A DNA stretch of 13,186 bases from a bacterium (GTDB lineage: Bacteria > SAR324 > NAC60-12). Made by a program: the position numbers and the translations under genes. Below are positions 9,499 to 13,186 of this stretch, piece after piece (position 1 is the stretch's first letter; the number at the start of each line of letters is the position of its first letter). The stretch covers positions 1-13,186 of the forward strand of contig CBDDTI010000698.1 in NCBI GenBank assembly GCA_965233585.1, read 5' to 3'. The notes beneath the pieces were generated by a model. The model had not been told where the DNA came from. It worked only from the letters and a program-made list of their open reading frames with translations, and did no database searches.

Positions 9499-9627
9499 GT
9501 AGTGAACGTTCGAGACGAGCCTTCGGATGGACGAAAACATGGATCCATGTTGGAAATCGACATGGCCCAACGGAGTATCATCGCAGCTTCTGGGCATCTT
9601 TGCAACTGCGTGGGGATGTCAATTGAA
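9499..9627 (+). CDS. Candidate downstream exon of the plus-strand gene (possible start of a second PAS-like segment)
   Basis: TTGAG|G acceptor. VVNVRDEPSDGRKHGSMLEIDMAQRSIIAASGHLCNCVGMSIE. GA donor at 9628. Confidence 0.55.
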
Positions 9628-9921
9628 GACTCTCGGAGAAGACACGGCCGCTGCATATTCAACATTTGTTGTACTTACAGTATACAGCAGAATTAAATTA
9701 AATGTGTCTTGCTTTGTCGCATGTGCCAGCTATTGTTGTTTCTGAAGCAAATTTGAGATGTAAAGCCAACCAAGACAGTGTTGGTGGAGCGGCTTTATTA
9801 TCCTTCAAAATGCGTATTTGACACAGATTGCAACCACATCGTGATGGCTATGCACATGCGCATACTTGCACACTCACAAGTACAGAGGCACGCGCTGATG
9901 ATAGAGCAAGTATATAATTAC

Positions 9922-12163
9922 TCCGAGAAGGAACTTTGTAATGATGAAGTTGTCATCGCCTTGAAGATTCCTAAGAACTCGTCCTGACAGCCTAATGTTA
10001 CTAAATCATCCTGGTCAGAATTTCCACTACAGAATGCTAGGCCTTGGGGCCCACTATAAACCCTCTGGGAACCTATGTTTTTATAGTCCTCTGTGACGTT
10101 GTGTAGAAGCAAATCGTAGCAGTCGAGTTTTGTAAGCCAATGAGATCCGAAAAAAAATGAAAGAGCAGTTTGTAGTAAGGATTTTTGATCGATTTTGTAC
10201 GAGCGTTTTTTCCAAAAAGAAGCATGTAAATTTACAACGGTAACTGGTAGTGGCTTTCATGGTTCTATCATATGAAGCAACATGAGACTTCGTATGTTTT
10301 CATGACCAATTTGTAGTGAACCCGTTGTTTCACTCGGAAATGAACAAATTCAATGCAGCGCACAATACAATAGCATCAGGGTTGATATTTGAGCTGCAAA
10401 AAGGGTCAACATCTACAGCGTACAATCGGGAAATTTACTCAGTAACTTGAAGCAGTTATCAGCGTTGGTTGTCCACAAAAACTTGCGCACAGATTGGGTG
10501 ATTCTGCTGTAACGTTTTTTTGTAGTGATTCAACTTGTACCCATCCACTTTGTAGCAGTTCTTTCCATGCCGGTTTGCTTTGAAAGGGTTGCCGCATTTT
10601 TCTTAGAGCAAGTACATAGTTTGATACAGCTTTCATTTTGCTGCCTCAACAAGTACTTTCCTGCCTTGGGCTGGCTCTTGCTGTATTTGTCTACTGACGC
10701 GTTCATTTATCAACTGCTGTTGTCAACACAAATTTGGACACAGAATGGATTCTGCTGCAATGCTTTCTGTAGTGATTCGACTCGTACCCATCCACTTTGT
10801 AGCAGTTGTCTTTCATGTTGGTTTGTTTTGGGAGGGTTTGCTGTTTGCTGTTTTATCTTGGTGCATTTTTCTTAGAGCAAGCACATAGTTTGATACAGCT
10901 TTCATTTTGCTGCCTCAACAAGTACTTTCCTGCCTTGGGCTGGCTCTTGCTGTATTTGTCTACTGACGCGTTCATTTATCAACTGCTGTTGTCAACACAA
11001 ATTTGGACACAGAATGGATTCTGCTGCAATGCTTTCTGTAGTGATTCGACTCGTACCCATCCACTTTGTAGCAGTTGTCTTTCATGTTGGTTTGTTTTGG
11101 GAGGGTTTGCTGTTTGCTGTTTTATCTTGGTGCATGTTTCTTAGAGCAAGTACATAATTTGATACAGCTTTCATCCCTGAAGTGCTTTTCTTTTTCTTAG
11201 GGTTCTTTTGTTGCCTGTTGCTGTTTTTTCTTTTCCACTGGAGTTGGTACCTGGAGGGGGTTGAGACCAAAAGGTGTTCCACCCTTCAAAAATGTGCTTG
11301 GGAGATTGACCCGTGAGATTGCGTGGAGATTGATCCATGTACATTGCGTGGAGACTGTACATAATCAAAGCGATTGGATGACAAGGAAGTTTGGGATGCC
11401 ATTGTATAGTCCACCTTTTTTGGTGAGCGAATATAAGCTATTTTTGGTCCTCATTGTAAAGCAGGGTCATTTCATATAAAACCTTGGTTTAACAGTTTAT
11501 AGAGAAAATACCCTTGGTTATGCATTCTATAGCAACTACATTCTCTATAAAATGCTTTGCAAATGCTGCAGGGTATCAAACACAGGGGATCATTCATGTA
11601 CATTCTTGAGGATGCACCATGGTCACAATAAGCGCTACCTTGTGCTGTTTTTCTTAGTGGCAACTTCTTAGGGGCTACACAATGGTTCCTTCGACCAAGA
11701 ACGAATGAGCAAACCAGCGCTACAAGTTGCCATCGGAAAAAATGGCTGACTATGTTAGATGTTGATTATTGGGATGTAAAGTCACTACAATTTGTCCCAA
11801 GATTTTATGTTGAGTTTTAAATGTTTTTTTAATAGATTTAGGCAACTTGTAGTAGACCACTTTTTCGATGATTTAGCAGATTGTAGTAAACAAAAAAACC
11901 TCAGGCCCCAAAATATGTAGTAAATCCGCCCTGAGGCCGCAGGCTTGTAGTCTACAAATTGGGGGTCCAACGTCAGCCGGCTAATTCCAACCGGGAGACT
12001 AAATCTGGTTACCACTATATACCTGTGAACCTGCAGCAGCCTGACTGTAACAGCTTCAGAAATCACATGATTGTTGAGCAGGTACACGATTAGACGTCTC
12101 CAACCGCTTCCCATGACACCACTAGCTTCGTAGGCCACTGTCTTGATGTCATGTGCTGGCCCC
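9922..12163 (-). CDS. Candidate upstream exons of the minus-strand gene
   Basis: 12163-? (GPAHDIKTVAYEASGVMGSGWRRLIVYLL). Phase-compatible 11688-11639, 11449-11400, 11283-11251 (NHCVAPKKLPLRKTAQ-GPKIAYIRSPKKVDYTM-GGTPFGLNPLQ). Also 10088-10043, 9983-9922 (DYKNIGSQRVYSGPQ-GRVLRNLQGDDNFIITKFLLG). These have AG|G acceptors with GT/GC donors. Confidence 0.45.
10456..11174. repeat. 269-bp tandem duplication, about 2.7 copies
   Basis: 10594-10862 is near-identical to 10863-11131 (e.g. GTGATTCGACTCGTACCC at 10772 and 11041). A more diverged partial copy lies at ~10456-10593. Confidence 0.95.
11302..11363. repeat. 24-25 bp tandem repeat, about 2.5 copies
   Basis: GGAGATTGACCCGTGAGATTGCGT / GGAGATTGATCCATGTACATTGCGT / GGAGACTGTACAT. 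Confidence 0.7.
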
Positions 12164-12389
12164 CTGCTTATTGGCTTATTGATGATACTTGCAAGATTAA
12201 AACTTCAAGAATTCAAAATTCTTACCCGCATGAAACCTAGCGGGATTCACACACACACTAGACAAGAAAGGATCTTTGAAAAGATCCGTCAGGAACTGAG
12301 TCCTGTAACATGCAACCGTGAAGAAATAAAATCATTTTATTAGATTGTCTATTAGATTGTTTATTGGGGTTCTTGGCTTAGCCCCTTGC

Positions 12390-12515
12390 CACGTCAGTAT
12401 AAATCACAGGAGTCATTGACATATAAACCAACAGCATTAAGAGTATAAAGAGCACGTCAGTAAAAATCACAGGAGTCTTTGACATATAAACCAACAGCGT
12501 AAAGAATATAAAGGT
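12390..12515. repeat. 63-bp tandem duplication leading into the dispersed element
   Basis: CACGTCAGTA(T/A)AAATCACAGGAGTC(A/T)TTGACATATAAACCAACAGC at 12390 and 12453. Confidence 0.9.
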
Positions 12516-12700
12516 GCAGGTACGTCAGTGCTGGCCGGGCACTGATATCACGTCCACTTGGTGCGGTCTTTGTTAGATGAGGCACACCAAGGGACCCTCA
12601 TCCCCCTGCATTATTATTGTTGTTTTTAGAAAGGGAGAGGAAAGAAGAAAGAGAAAGAGATAAGTTTTACATCTATTCAGATGTTACACACACACACTGT
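12484..12700 (+). repeat. Dispersed ~200-bp element, copy 2
   Basis: Direct repeat of 2745-2940. The segment ~12610-12661 differs and is largely purine-rich. Confidence 0.85.
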
Positions 12701-13015
12701 AGCCCCGAAAGGCAAGCTTACACCTTTTTGTTCACCTCAAATTGCACCGAAGAACTCACTGCTTGGGATATGCATTCCATTGTACAACAAGATACAACAA
12801 GTTCACCAAGAAAAGTGTTGGGAGCATGTTGCCCGCAGGTGGAGGTTATGGTGGCGATATCTTAGACCATCCCGGATTGAAGGGCTATGCCCCCTGTCGC
12901 CGATCGCAGACAGTCTGTAGATAGAAGAGGAAAAAGCAAAGACAGATAGAATATGAATGGAGAGGAATATGCCAAATGTGCGCGTAGAAAGGATTATGTT
13001 TTTTTCATTTCGCCC

Positions 13016-13166
13016 TTGGGCCCATGTTGGGCCTATGTTGGCCCTATGTTGGCCTATGTTAGCCCTAGCTTGGCCTATGTTGGCCCTGTCTTGGCCCTAC
13101 GTTGGCCTATGTTGGCCCCATGTTGGCCCATCTTGGGGCCTATGTTGAGGCTATGTTGGCGATATG
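13016..13166. repeat. 10-11 bp minisatellite TTGGCC(C)TATG
   Basis: About 14 degenerate tandem units. Explains ORF 12957-13148. Confidence 0.92.
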
Positions 13167-13186
13167 TGATACCATCTCTGTTGAAA

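Noticed and set aside
10439..11144. Hydrophobic 112-116 aa ORFs
   Set aside because: They arise from the T-rich 269-bp duplication, with no splice or homology support.
2745..12700. LTR retrotransposon
   Set aside because: No TG...CA termini, PBS/PPT or gag-pol coding between the repeats.
12957..13148. 63-aa ORF with LAWPML repeats
   Set aside because: Translation of the 11-bp minisatellite.

Overview
Eukaryotic genomic DNA, most likely a dinoflagellate (Symbiodiniaceae-like). This is inferred from short exons, GT/GC/GA-AG introns and frequent AG|G acceptors. Layout: (i) a ~2.3 kb satellite (~71-bp monomer, 619-bp higher-order repeat) that decays into a conserved 19-bp motif; (ii) a ~200-bp structured element present twice in direct orientation (2745-2940, 12484-12700); (iii) a ~1 kb repeat-rich insertion with 9-bp 'ENS' arrays (3209-4282); (iv) a plus-strand spliced gene for a multi-TM protein with a PAS-like C-terminal region (~6305/6416-9627); (v) a manually reconstructed minus-strand gene of many 24-82 nt exons, some apparently inside the introns of the plus-strand gene, with weak ParB-like and methyltransferase-motif-I-like segments; (vi) a 269-bp tandem duplication and an 11-bp minisatellite. 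Almost all ORFs in the supplied track are repeat artefacts or unspliced exon read-throughs. All exon models were built by eye and need RNA-seq confirmation.
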